Of a stretch of 64,000 nt of DNA, positions 51,692-61,682 are shown one piece after another. Below the pieces are notes generated by a model that was not told the DNA's origin, did no database searches, and worked only from the letters and a program-made list of their open reading frames with translations. Origin of the DNA: Myxococcales bacterium (GTDB lineage Bacteria; Lernaellota; Lernaellaia; Lernaellales; Lernaellaceae); NCBI GenBank assembly GCA_012517325.1, contig JAAYVF010000107.1:3032-67031 (forward strand), read 5' to 3'. Made by a program: the position numbers and the translations under genes. Each line of letters begins with the position of its first letter. Within the stretch, counting starts at the first letter, position 1.

Positions 51692-53047
51692 ATGAACGAG
51701 CGTTCCGCCGATCATCGCCCGCGCGTCCTGCTCGTGAATCCGTGGATTCACGACTTCGCGGCGTACGATTTCTGGGCCAAGCCCCTGGGCTTGCTGACGC
51801 TGGGCGGCTATTTGCGCGCGGCGGGAGCGGCGGTATCGCTGTTGGATCTGACCGATCCGTGTTCGCCCCATTTACCCGACCGGCAACGCCCGCGCCGCCG
51901 GGAAGGCGGCACCGGCAAATTCCCCGCGCAACGCCTGCGCCGGCCGGTCGTTTTGCCGTACATCAACCGTTTCTACCGGCGGTACGGGATTCCGCCCGAG
52001 GCGGCCGCGGCGGCGCTGCGTGAAATGCCGGCGCCCGACGCGGTGCTCGTCACCTCGATGATGACCTATTGGTACACCGGCGTGATCGAAACCGTCGCCC
52101 TGCTGCGCGCCCGCTGGCCGCGTACGCCGATCCGGCTCGGGGGCGTTTACGCGACGCTTTGTCCCGCTCACGCCCGCCGCGTTTCCGGGGCCGACGAGGT
52201 TTTCACCGGCGAGGCGACGCGGGTCGGGCCGCTTTTGGCCGAACGCCTGGGTCTGGCGTGGCCGGAATTCGATCCGCTGGCGCCGCCGCTGCCGGTTCAC
52301 GATCTGTATCCGCGCGCCGATGCGGCCGCGCTGCTCACCTCGCGGGGTTGTCCGAACGCCTGCCCCTATTGCGGCATCCGCCTGCTGGCGCCGGAATTCG
52401 TGCGCTATTCACCGGCGCGGGTCGAGCGGGAACTGCGCTGGTTGACGCGCGACCTGGGTATTCGCGACCTGGCGATTTACGACGACGCGTTTTTGCTGGA
52501 TCGGCCGCGCGCCCTGGGATTACTCGATATATTTGCCGGGCTCGGTGAGCCGGTGCGGTTGCATGCCGCCGCGGGTTTGTCGTGCCGCGGCGTCGATGCC
52601 GAGACGTCGCGGGCGATGAAGCGCGCGGGTTTCGCCACGATTCGCCTCGGGCTTGAAACCGCCGATCCCGACCGCCAGCGGGAGTTGGGTGGCAAGGTGA
52701 CGACCGCCGAATTCGAACAGGCGGTCGCGCATCTTTTGACGGCTGGTTTCCGGCGCGAACAGATCGGTGTTTACGTTCTCGCCGGGTTGCCGGGGCAGCG
52801 GCGGGCCGAGGTCGAGGATGCGGTGGATCGCGTTTTGGCGCTGGGCCTGCAACCGCACCTGGCGGAATATTCGCCGGTGCCGGGCAGCGCGCTGTTCGCC
52901 GCGGCCCAGGCGGTTTCGAAATACGATCTGAGCGATCCCTTGTTTCACAACCCGACGCTGTTGCCCGCCGCGGCCGGCGACCTGACACCGGCGGCGCTGG
53001 CGGAAATCAAGGTCCGCATCGCGGCTCATCCCGGAATCGTCCGCTGA
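51692..53047 (+). CDS. B12-binding-domain radical SAM protein (class B)
   Basis: An N-terminal Rossmann-like cobalamin-binding region (RVLLVNPW...VLVTSMMTYWY) is followed by CPNACPYC, a CxxxCxxC radical SAM motif. Confidence 0.7.
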   Translation: MNERSADHRPRVLLVNPWIHDFAAYDFWAKPLGLLTLGGYLRAAGAAVSLLDLTDPCSPHLPDRQRPRRREGGTGKFPAQRLRRPVVLPYINRFYRRYGIPPEAAAAALREMPAPDAVLVTSMMTYWYTGVIETVALLRARWPRTPIRLGGVYATLCPAHARRVSGADEVFTGEATRVGPLLAERLGLAWPEFDPLAPPLPVHDLYPRADAAALLTSRGCPNACPYCGIRLLAPEFVRYSPARVERELRWLTRDLGIRDLAIYDDAFLLDRPRALGLLDIFAGLGEPVRLHAAAGLSCRGVDAETSRAMKRAGFATIRLGLETADPDRQRELGGKVTTAEFEQAVAHLLTAGFRREQIGVYVLAGLPGQRRAEVEDAVDRVLALGLQPHLAEYSPVPGSALFAAAQAVSKYDLSDPLFHNPTLLPAAAGDLTPAALAEIKVRIAAHPGIVR

Positions 53048-53155
53048 TTGAGACCGGCCACCGCTTTTATCCCCGCGCCGCGAAAGATTTTTTTCGCCGA
53101 GTTGCCACTCGCGCCCGCTCATGATTAAATTTTGTCGAAATTCAAGGGGTTATCG

Positions 53156-54415
53156 ATGACTCAGACGCCAGCCGGAAATCAGTTGCCGCGCGTGGTGATC
53201 ATCGGCGGCGGTTTCGCCGGGATTCATGCGGCCAAAGCCTTGCGACGTGCGCCGGTCGAGGTGGTGGTGATCGACAAGAACAACCACCACGTCTTTCAGC
53301 CGCTGCTTTATCAGGTGGCGACGGCGGGCCTCGCGGCGGTCGATATCGCCACGCCGATCCGGGCGATTTTGCGCAAGCAGAAAAACGCGCGGGTGATCAT
53401 GTCCGAAGTGCGGGACATCGACCGGTCCCGGCGTGCGGTGCTGCTCGAACACGAAGAAATCACTTACGATTATCTGATCCTGGCCGCCGGCATGGTGACC
53501 AATTTTTTCGGCCATGACGAATGGCGCGACGTCGCTCCCAGCCTCAAGGATTTGCACGATGCGCTGGCCATGCGGCGGCGGATTCTGTCGGCTTTCGAGG
53601 CGGCGGAGTTGGCGAGCGATCCGGAGGAGGTCAAGGCGCTGCTGACCTTCGTGATCGTCGGCGCGGGGCCGACCGGCGTCGAGTTGGCCGGGGCGATCCG
53701 TGAAATCGCCGGGCAGGTGATGGTGCACGATTTCCGGCGCATCGACCCGAAGCTCACGCGGGTCATCATGGTCGAGGCTGCGCCGCGCGTCTTGCCGCCG
53801 TTCCCTGAAATATTGTCGGCCAAGGCGCAACAGGCCTTGGAAAAACTGGGGGTGGAAATCCGGCTGCAGACGATCGTGAAGAACATCACCCCCGAAGGCG
53901 TGCAAGTGGGCGACGAATTCGTGCCGTCCCGCACGGTTTTATGGACGGCGGGCGTCGCCGCGTCGCCGCTCACCAAGAGCCTGGGGTTGCCGCTCGACCG
54001 GGCGGGCCGGGTGTTGGTCAACGAGGACCTGACGGCGCCGGACGATCCGCGCGTTTTCGTGGCCGGCGATCTGGCTCATTTCGAAATCGGCGGCCAACCG
54101 CCGTTGCCGGGTCTGGCGGCGGTGGCCATGCAGGAAGGCGACCACGCGGCGCTCAACATCCGGCTGGACGTGGCCGGCAAGGCGCGCCGGCCGTTTCACT
54201 ATCTCGACCGCGGCAAGATGGCGACCATCGGCCGCTACCGGGCGGTCGCCGAGGTGTTCGGCGTGCGGTTCGCGGGCTGGCCGGCCTGGCTGGCGTGGCT
54301 GTTCGTCCACGTCCTGTTTTTGATCGGATTCCGCAACCGGTTTTCGGTGCTGGTGCAATGGGCCTATTCGTACCTGGCCGTCCGGCGCTGCGCGCGGCTG
54401 ATTCTCAAGCCTTAA
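53156..54415 (+). CDS. ndh: type II NADH dehydrogenase (NDH-2)
   Basis: RVVIIGGGFAGIHAAK is the first FAD/NAD dinucleotide-binding motif and FVIVGAGPTGVELAG the second. The C-terminus is hydrophobic. Confidence 0.8.
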   Translation: MTQTPAGNQLPRVVIIGGGFAGIHAAKALRRAPVEVVVIDKNNHHVFQPLLYQVATAGLAAVDIATPIRAILRKQKNARVIMSEVRDIDRSRRAVLLEHEEITYDYLILAAGMVTNFFGHDEWRDVAPSLKDLHDALAMRRRILSAFEAAELASDPEEVKALLTFVIVGAGPTGVELAGAIREIAGQVMVHDFRRIDPKLTRVIMVEAAPRVLPPFPEILSAKAQQALEKLGVEIRLQTIVKNITPEGVQVGDEFVPSRTVLWTAGVAASPLTKSLGLPLDRAGRVLVNEDLTAPDDPRVFVAGDLAHFEIGGQPPLPGLAAVAMQEGDHAALNIRLDVAGKARRPFHYLDRGKMATIGRYRAVAEVFGVRFAGWPAWLAWLFVHVLFLIGFRNRFSVLVQWAYSYLAVRRCARLILKP

Positions 54416-54584
54416 TCGGCCTCGGAGCAGCCGAAAAACCCGTTTCGCGAACCAGTTGATCCAATAATTGGACTTTCTTCTCGACCTTGCATTCCGCCCG
54501 CGGCTTACCTTAATCTGCCGGCATGATCCACGATCGTTTGTCGTTCCGACGCCGTCCGTCCACCCACTCCCCGAGGAGCTATTC

Positions 54585-56705
54585 ATGAGACTCATCCGTC
54601 TTCTTCTCTGCGTGTCGTTGTTGCTGGTCCTGGCGGCCTGCGACGACGATTACGAGCCGCAAGACCAGTACCAGGATTCGCTCACCCGCGTCCACGTCCA
54701 GCAGACGTTCTTCAAGGACCAGCAGGGGCGCTACCTCTACCTCAACGGCATCAACCTGGCCGATCCGAAGAGCGGGCCGGTGGTTTGGGATCCCATTTCC
54801 TACGTCGGCAAGCCGTTCCCGGTGGACGAACTGGACAAGAATTTCCGGATCATCCAGCAGTTGGGCTTCAATTCGGTGCGGTTTCTCATTCAGTGGGAAG
54901 CGATCGAGCCCGATGAAAAGGGCGTCTACGACGAGGAATACCTCGATTACCTGGAAACCGCGGTGGCCAAGGCGGGCGAGTACGGCATCTACTGCCTGAT
55001 CGACATGCACCAGGACATGTTTTCGCGGCACCTGCTGAAGTACTTCAACGACGGCTCGGGCGTGATGGGCCTGGTGAACCCGGCGGAAATCGAGCTGGCC
55101 GAGCGGTACGGTTACAACAACAAGGTCAACGGCGACGGCGCGCCGCGCTGGGTGGTGCAGGCCGCGTTGCCCGAAAAGAACGTCGGCGGCCCGAAGTGGG
55201 GCCTGCCCTACGCGCTGGTCGACAACCCGAACGAGACTTCCGACGTGCTGCCCTGGACGAGCTGGTTCCTGAACGTCGGCACCTCGCTGGACGAGAACCG
55301 CTGCTACGCGGCGCTGTTCGCCGGCGACGTGGTCTGGCCCGACTATTTCATCGACGGCCAGAACCTGAAGGACTACCTGCAGGAGGCCTACGCCAATTCG
55401 TTCGCCCAAGTGGCGAAACGGCTGGCCGGTTATGACAACGTGCTCGGCTACGACATCATCAACGAGCCGGGCGGTGTGTTCATCATGCTGACCCTCTACG
55501 CGCTGCTTTACCGCGAGGCCGCGGCCAGCCCGAGCGGCGAACTGACGCCGTCGCAGGTCGAGGCGGCGCTCAACGCCTACCTGAAGGAAATGCGCGGCCA
55601 GGGCTTCCCCGAGGAGCAGAGCCAATTGCTGCGCGCGGTCCTGCTGGATTACGACCTGTTGCCGCACAGCAAAAGCGAGATCGAATCGTCGGGCTTCATT
55701 CCGGCGGCGGGCTCGCCCTATCGGCCCAACCTGTTCGCGGCCATCGCGCTCAACGCCAACTTCAACAAGACCTACCTGCAACCCTTCTACGAACGGATTG
55801 GCGCGGCCATCCAGCACGAGGATCCGAACGCGATCATCTTCTTCGAAACGATCACCGGCTTGCCCGACAAGGGCATTTCCGGCCAATGGGCGGCGCCGAT
55901 GACCCCGTTGCAGGGCATCGAGCAGCAGGTGTACGCGCCGCACAAATACGTCGATATCTACCCGAATATCGGCTTCAACCAGCCGCCGCGCGATTTCGAG
56001 GTCGGCGAAATCCGCTTCCGCGATTACGAGGGGCCGATCGACGAGGCGATCGATTACGCCACCTACAGCCTGGGCAATCCGCCGGTGGTGCTGGGCGAAT
56101 TCGGCGCGTACTTCAATTTCGGCGGCATCGACCAGGCGCGGGCGACCGGCTACGAGCTGTCGCAGTACATCATCGATCCGTATTACGAGGTCTACGAAAA
56201 GAAGCTGATGCACCGGATGATCTGGGCCTATTCGCACCTGAACAATTACGACAACGGCGACGGTTGGAACAAGGAGGACTTCTCGGTGGTGGACCCGGAC
56301 CTGAAGCCGCGCGGCTGGCAAGCGTATTCGCGCGCCGTGCCGCGCTTCACCAGCGGCCGGCTGCTGTCGATGCACTTCTATTCGCCGCTGCATTATTTCG
56401 AGCCGCGGCCGAACGAGCCGACGCCGTACCTCGAATTCGCCATGGAAATGGCGTCGAAGGAAACCACGGCGCCCACCGAAATTTACGTGCCGCCCCTGCA
56501 GTACACCGACGGCTTCTACGTGCGGATTTCCGACGGCCGCTGCTACTATGACCCGCACACCTACGTCCTCTACTGGTTCCCCGCCGCCGACGATCCCGCG
56601 ACGGTGCACGACATCCGGATTCGGCCGCCCTACGCGGACTACGGCGACGAGGATTGGGACTACTTCTTCAACGGCGACCAGGTGATCGAGGGGGTGCGCT
56701 CATGA
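54585..56705 (+). CDS. GH5 glycoside hydrolase lipoprotein, endoglycoceramidase-like
   Basis: It opens MRLIRLLLCVSLLLVLAAC|DDDYEP. It carries LIDMHQDMFS, DIINEPGG (NEP acid/base), VVLGEFGAY (nucleophile Glu) and APTEIYVPP, the last resembling the EGCase C-terminal motif. Confidence 0.65.
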   Translation: MRLIRLLLCVSLLLVLAACDDDYEPQDQYQDSLTRVHVQQTFFKDQQGRYLYLNGINLADPKSGPVVWDPISYVGKPFPVDELDKNFRIIQQLGFNSVRFLIQWEAIEPDEKGVYDEEYLDYLETAVAKAGEYGIYCLIDMHQDMFSRHLLKYFNDGSGVMGLVNPAEIELAERYGYNNKVNGDGAPRWVVQAALPEKNVGGPKWGLPYALVDNPNETSDVLPWTSWFLNVGTSLDENRCYAALFAGDVVWPDYFIDGQNLKDYLQEAYANSFAQVAKRLAGYDNVLGYDIINEPGGVFIMLTLYALLYREAAASPSGELTPSQVEAALNAYLKEMRGQGFPEEQSQLLRAVLLDYDLLPHSKSEIESSGFIPAAGSPYRPNLFAAIALNANFNKTYLQPFYERIGAAIQHEDPNAIIFFETITGLPDKGISGQWAAPMTPLQGIEQQVYAPHKYVDIYPNIGFNQPPRDFEVGEIRFRDYEGPIDEAIDYATYSLGNPPVVLGEFGAYFNFGGIDQARATGYELSQYIIDPYYEVYEKKLMHRMIWAYSHLNNYDNGDGWNKEDFSVVDPDLKPRGWQAYSRAVPRFTSGRLLSMHFYSPLHYFEPRPNEPTPYLEFAMEMASKETTAPTEIYVPPLQYTDGFYVRISDGRCYYDPHTYVLYWFPAADDPATVHDIRIRPPYADYGDEDWDYFFNGDQVIEGVRS

Positions 56706-58057
56706 AACGGATGCACGCGATTGCGGCCGGGATCTTGTTGCTCGGGATGCTCCTGACGCCGGCGTTCGGCGCGACGGCGGGCGAGCCGGCGGCGGCGACC
56801 GAGAACCTGCTGCCGGCGTTCGACATCTTCTTTCAAACCTACTTTTACGCGGCCAACGACCGCGATTTCGACCGGACCGAGCCCTTGTACGAGGCCAACG
56901 GCCAGAGCGTCGGCTACGTGCTGACCACGATGCGGCCGGGCCTGACCTGGCGGCCGGCGGAAATCCTGACCCTGCGCTATCAGCTCGAGGTCGGCGACAA
57001 CCTGTGGAGCCGCAACGATCCCTACGGCGACGATCCGTACTCTGAAGAAACGGCCGTCTTCCGGCACAAGGAAATCTGGGCCGAGGCCACGACGCCGAAC
57101 GGCAGACTGGGAACGCGGCTGGGCTTCCAGTATTTCTACGACCCCACCCATCTGGTGATCGACCGGCACATCGGCCTGGCCACGGCGTTTTACCAGGTCG
57201 GCGGCCAGCAGGTGACCGTCGGCGCGGGCCAGATTCCCGATCAGGTCTACGAGGGATTCGGCGAGGAAACCGACGGCCTGCGCCTGTCGGCGAACAATTT
57301 CGAACAGGACAATTTTCTGTTCGGCGCCTGGTCGCGCCATCCGCTGGGCGCGGGCGTGCTGTCGCCGGGCGTGTTTTTCAATTGGGATAAAACCGAAGTC
57401 GACCGGCCCAAGGGCGTGCTCAGCGTGGCGGCCAATTACCACGCGCCGCTGGGCCCGATCGTGAAACTGGACGTCGATCTGGTCGGCCAATACGGCCAGT
57501 ATTTGCGCGCCGGGCTCGACAACCGCGACGTCACCATGCTGGCCGGCGCGGCGCAGGCGAACGTGGACGCCGAATGGCGCCTGATCGGCCTGCGCTACAA
57601 CCTGCTGGCCTTCACCGCCGACGACGGCGACAAGCTCGATCAGTTCGACACCGGCTTCCGGTATTCGGGCTGGTCGAAGAGCGCCACGTTGATCCTGTCG
57701 CTCAACGAGCTGCACGACCAGTACGACAACGTCGACGAACGGGTCGCGGCGCAGGACGCCGGCCTGTTTCTGGCCGACCAGGAATTCGCGGTCAAGCCGA
57801 CCGAGGACGTGCGCCTGTTCCTGACGCTCGGCGCGGGTTTCGTGTTGGACGACACCAACACCGACGGCGAATCGTATCTCGGCACGGAAGGGCAGTTCGG
57901 CGTCGCCTGGTCGCCGATCCAGAAACACCTGACCTTCTCGCTGATCGGCGGCGGCCTGCTGCCGGGCGAGGCGGCGGGGCAGTTGCAGAACGCCATCGAC
58001 AAGACCGCCCACGACCCGCTCTATCAGGGCCAGGCGGCGATGACCGTAACGTATTAG
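56702..58057 (+). CDS. outer-membrane beta-barrel protein (putative porin/channel) coupled to the GH5 gene
   Basis: The start overlaps the upstream stop as ATGA. The signal peptide is MKRMHAIAAGILLLGMLLTPAFGA. Alternating hydrophobic strands are followed by a C-terminal ...AMTVTY aromatic terminus. Confidence 0.6.
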   Translation: MKRMHAIAAGILLLGMLLTPAFGATAGEPAAATENLLPAFDIFFQTYFYAANDRDFDRTEPLYEANGQSVGYVLTTMRPGLTWRPAEILTLRYQLEVGDNLWSRNDPYGDDPYSEETAVFRHKEIWAEATTPNGRLGTRLGFQYFYDPTHLVIDRHIGLATAFYQVGGQQVTVGAGQIPDQVYEGFGEETDGLRLSANNFEQDNFLFGAWSRHPLGAGVLSPGVFFNWDKTEVDRPKGVLSVAANYHAPLGPIVKLDVDLVGQYGQYLRAGLDNRDVTMLAGAAQANVDAEWRLIGLRYNLLAFTADDGDKLDQFDTGFRYSGWSKSATLILSLNELHDQYDNVDERVAAQDAGLFLADQEFAVKPTEDVRLFLTLGAGFVLDDTNTDGESYLGTEGQFGVAWSPIQKHLTFSLIGGGLLPGEAAGQLQNAIDKTAHDPLYQGQAAMTVTY

Positions 58058-58204
58058 CCGCGGGGCGTGTAACTTGCGGTCCCCGGTCGCCGGGGTATAA
58101 TTCGGCCAACCGCGAGTTGAACGGATTTCGATGTGTCACCGCGCCGGGCGGCGTGGCGAATGATAGGCGAAAGGTCCAACAATCCAAAAGGCGGTCAAGT
58201 TCCC

Positions 58205-60037
58205 ATGACAGAGACCATGACACATTTGACCTGGATCGATTATTCGATCATGGCGATCTACCTCGCGTTCGTGCTGGGCATCGGGTTTGCGCTCAAGCGC
58301 TACACCAAGTCCAGCAACGATTTCTTCTTGTCGGGCCGGTCCATTCCGGCCTGGATCACGGGATTGGCGTTCATTTCGGCCAACCTCGGGGCGCAGGAAG
58401 TCATCGGCATGGGCGCGATGGGCGCGAAGTACGGCATTGCCACGAGCCACTTTTATTGGATCGGCGCGATTCCGGCGATGGTGTTCGTCGGCATTTTCAT
58501 GATGCCGTTTTATTACGGCTCGCGCGCCCGGTCGGTGCCGGAATACCTCAAGCTGCGCTTCGATGAAAAAACGCGCGGCCTGAACGCCATTTCCTTCGCG
58601 GCGATGACCATCTTCTCCTCCGGCGTGTCGATGTACGCGATGGGCAAGCTCTTCGAGCTGCTGCTGGGCTGGGACTTCAACATGGCAATCCTGGTCGCGG
58701 GCGCGATCGTGCTCGTCTACATCTTCCTGGGCGGCTTGACCAGCGCCATCTACAACGAGGTCTTGCAGTTCTTCCTGATCGTCTTCGGCTTCCTGCCGCT
58801 GGTCTACATCGGCCTGAAAAAAGTCGGCGGCTGGTCGGGCATCAAGGAAAAGTTGATGGTCGCGGCGACGGCGAACGGCCTGCCGGCGACCGCCTACACC
58901 TCCTCCTGGTCGCACATGGGCAGCGCGGCGACCAACCCGATCGGCGTCGAGTGGTTCGGCCTGGTGATGGGCCTGGGCTTCGTGCTGTCGTTCGGCTACT
59001 GGTGCACCGACTTCCTCGTCGTGCAACGCGCCATGGCCGCCAATTCGATGTCGGCCGCGCGCCGTACCCCGCTGATCGCGGCGATTCCCAAGATGCTGTT
59101 CCCCTTCCTGGTGATCGTGCCCGGCATGATCGCCATGGCCGGCACCGCGCATTACGTCGCCAACTGGAGGCCGGCCTCCGATCCGGCCGCCGCCGTCGCC
59201 ACCGTGGACGGCCAGCCGGTGGTCGCCGCCGCACCGGTCGAGGAAGGCCTGATTCCGCCGAAGAAGGACGCCGACGGCAAGCCGATGGTCGACAAGCGCG
59301 GCCGGGTGCTGCTCGATTACGATCTGGCGACCCCGAAAATGCTGATGACCCTCATGCCGGCCGGTTTGCTTGGTTTGGGCCTGACGGCGCTGCTGGCCTC
59401 GTTCATGTCGGGCATGGCGGGCAACGTCACGGCGTTCAATACGGTGTGGACCTACGACATCTACCAGAGCTACATCAACAAAAAAGCCGGCGACGAACAC
59501 CTGCTCTGGATGGGGAGGTTCACGACCGTCTTCGGCATTGTCCTGAGTATCGGGGCGGCCTACGTCGCCAAGTCCTACAACAACATCATGGACCTCTTGC
59601 AGCTCGTGTTCGCCTTCGTGAACGCGCCGCTCTTCGCGACTTTCGCGCTGGGCATGTTCTGGAAGCGGACGAGCGGCCACGGCGCGTTCTTCGGCCTGCT
59701 TTCGGGCACGCTGGCGGCGGCCGCGCACCACGGCCTGACCCTGCCGGCCGGCGCGGCGGTCGGCTTCAAGGGCGGCTACCTGGGCCTCCTGGAGACGTAC
59801 CCGAGCGAGATGTCGCAGAACTTCTGGACGGCGATCTGGGCGTTCACGGTTTGCATCGTCGTTTCGATCATCATCAGCTTGTTCACCAAGCCGCGGACCG
59901 ATGCGGATATGAAGGGCCTGGTTTACTCCCTGACGCCGAAACCCGAGGACGATTCGAAATACTGGTACCAACGGCCGGCCGTGCTGGCGATCGTGGTGCT
60001 GGTGTTGACGGCCGTTCTCAATCTCATCTTCTGGTAG
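58205..60037 (+). CDS. sodium:solute symporter family (SSS) transporter
   Basis: 610 aa with about 13-14 TMs and SSS-like blocks (FFLSGRSIPAWITGLAFISANLGAQEVIGMGAMG...). Confidence 0.8.
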   Translation: MTETMTHLTWIDYSIMAIYLAFVLGIGFALKRYTKSSNDFFLSGRSIPAWITGLAFISANLGAQEVIGMGAMGAKYGIATSHFYWIGAIPAMVFVGIFMMPFYYGSRARSVPEYLKLRFDEKTRGLNAISFAAMTIFSSGVSMYAMGKLFELLLGWDFNMAILVAGAIVLVYIFLGGLTSAIYNEVLQFFLIVFGFLPLVYIGLKKVGGWSGIKEKLMVAATANGLPATAYTSSWSHMGSAATNPIGVEWFGLVMGLGFVLSFGYWCTDFLVVQRAMAANSMSAARRTPLIAAIPKMLFPFLVIVPGMIAMAGTAHYVANWRPASDPAAAVATVDGQPVVAAAPVEEGLIPPKKDADGKPMVDKRGRVLLDYDLATPKMLMTLMPAGLLGLGLTALLASFMSGMAGNVTAFNTVWTYDIYQSYINKKAGDEHLLWMGRFTTVFGIVLSIGAAYVAKSYNNIMDLLQLVFAFVNAPLFATFALGMFWKRTSGHGAFFGLLSGTLAAAAHHGLTLPAGAAVGFKGGYLGLLETYPSEMSQNFWTAIWAFTVCIVVSIIISLFTKPRTDADMKGLVYSLTPKPEDDSKYWYQRPAVLAIVVLVLTAVLNLIFW

Positions 60038-60055
60038 AAAGCGGAGGTAACGACA

Positions 60056-60265
60056 ATGAAACTCGATATCCGCGTGCCGATCGGCGGCATGTTCACGATT
60101 CTGGGTGTGATCCTGACGATCTTCGGGCTGGTGACCGCGGGCAACGCCGAAATGTATGCCCGCTCGGCCAATATGAACGTCAACCTGGACTGGGGTGTCA
60201 TCCTGCTGATCTTCGGCGTCCTGATGCTCATCCCCGGGTTGCGGGCGAACAAAAAGACTCAGTGA
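60056..60265 (+). CDS. small two-TM membrane protein downstream of the SSS transporter
   Basis: 69 aa, with two hydrophobic helices (MFTILGVILTIFGLV / GVILLIFGVLMLIPGL). Confidence 0.5.
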   Translation: MKLDIRVPIGGMFTILGVILTIFGLVTAGNAEMYARSANMNVNLDWGVILLIFGVLMLIPGLRANKKTQ

Positions 60266-60290
60266 CAAAGCGTAACCGTTAAAACAAACG

Positions 60291-60327
60291 GCCCTCGCTC
60301 CGGTGGGAGCGAGGGCCGTTTTCGTTA
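60291..60327. terminator. bidirectional Rho-independent terminator between convergent transcription units
   Basis: GGCCCTCGCTCC-ggtg-GGAGCGAGGGCC is a 12-bp perfect stem, followed by GTTTTCGTT on the plus strand and by GTTTGTTTT on the minus strand. Confidence 0.8.
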
Positions 60328-60335
60328 AGCGAAAA

Positions 60336-61682
60336 TCAGAACTTGATGTCCATCAGCGCCTGGCCGCCGTAGATTGGATCCTTGGCGGCGAGGTCGATTT
60401 CGTTGCGGACCGCGGCGCCGGATTCGCCCGGCCAGAGGCCCGCGCCCAGCACCGTGAACGAGACATACGGCGCGTAAGGCGTCCAGGTCAGGCCCAGGTC
60501 GCCTTCGACGCCCACCGTGGCGTCATCGGCCAATTCGTCGGTTTGGATCGCCCGGCCGTAACCGACGACGCCGAACAGCTCCAGGCTTTCGATCGGCAGG
60601 TAACCGGCTCGGACGTCGGCCAGCAGCATGCCCGCGTGCTGGCGCGCGACGCGCTCGTCGAGGTTGTCGTACTGGTCCTGCAGCTCGTTTTCCGACAAGA
60701 GCAGCGTCGCGCTCTTCGACCAGCCGGAATAGGTGTAGCCGGTGTCCAGCAGGTCCGCGCGGTCGCCGTTGTCGCCCGAGAAGAAGAGGGCGTTGCCGCG
60801 CAGATTCGCCTTCGTCCACTCGGCCAGCACGCCGATCTGCGCCGCGTAGCCGAACAGGTCGACATCCTTGTTGTCGATGCCGCCGTTGCGGAACAGGCCC
60901 CATTGCAGGGCCAGATCGGCGTCGAGGGCGACGTGCCGGCCGAGCGGGCCGTCGGCGTGCACGCAGGGGTTGACCAGGTTCTTTTCGCGGCCGACCTCGG
61001 TCTTGTCGTTCCAGCCGTAAATCGCCGGAACAATCGCCCAATCGCCGGCGCGCATTTCGGCCTGGAACGCGTAGATGAACGAGTCGTGCTCGAAGTTGTT
61101 CTGTTCCAGTTCGGTGGCGGGCGGTTCGGCGGTGGTGCCTTCGTAAACCGAATCGGGCATCATCGCGCCCAGCAGCACCAGGCGGAGGTTGTCGAGGTCG
61201 TAATAGAGTTGCAGCGCGCCCAGGTGCCGGTCGAGGAACAGGTGGGTCGGGTCGTACAGGTATTGGTAGCCGGTGCGGACGCCGACCTGACCGGGCAGCA
61301 GCACGTCGGCCCAGATTTCGCGGGTCTGGAAGACGGGCACGTCGGCGGCGCTCGGGTCGCGTTCCTCGGCGTTGTTGCGGCTCCAGAGGTTTTCGCCGAT
61401 CTGCAGTTGATAGCGCACGAGCACCTGCTCGATGGGGTTCCAGGTCATGCCCGGCCGCAGGATCGTCGCGAAATAGCCGACCGTCTGGCCGTTCTCGTCA
61501 TAGAGCGGATCGGTGCGGTCGAAGTCGCGGTCGTTCTGGATCAGGAAGAAATTCCGGAATTCCACGTCGAACGCCGGCAGGTTCAACTCGGTGGAACCCT
61601 CGTTCTGCGCCCGGGCCGAACCGACGGTTCCGACCAACAGCAGCGCGCCGGCGAGCAAAAGCAGCAAGGTCGATTTGTTCAT
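60336..61682 (-). CDS. outer-membrane beta-barrel protein, paralog of 56702..58057
   Basis: The start MNKSTLLLLLAGALLLVGTVGSARA|QNEG (rc cat 61680-61682) overlaps the upstream GH5 stop. The protein ends ...LMDIKF. It is collinear with its paralog. Confidence 0.6.
   Translation of the reverse strand: MNKSTLLLLLAGALLLVGTVGSARAQNEGSTELNLPAFDVEFRNFFLIQNDRDFDRTDPLYDENGQTVGYFATILRPGMTWNPIEQVLVRYQLQIGENLWSRNNAEERDPSAADVPVFQTREIWADVLLPGQVGVRTGYQYLYDPTHLFLDRHLGALQLYYDLDNLRLVLLGAMMPDSVYEGTTAEPPATELEQNNFEHDSFIYAFQAEMRAGDWAIVPAIYGWNDKTEVGREKNLVNPCVHADGPLGRHVALDADLALQWGLFRNGGIDNKDVDLFGYAAQIGVLAEWTKANLRGNALFFSGDNGDRADLLDTGYTYSGWSKSATLLLSENELQDQYDNLDERVARQHAGMLLADVRAGYLPIESLELFGVVGYGRAIQTDELADDATVGVEGDLGLTWTPYAPYVSFTVLGAGLWPGESGAAVRNEIDLAAKDPIYGGQALMDIKF

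Noticed and set aside
58136-60268. 710-aa minus-strand ORF antisense to the SSS transporter
   Set aside because: It is Arg/Asp/Gly/His-rich nonsense antisense to a clear 13-14-TM transporter.
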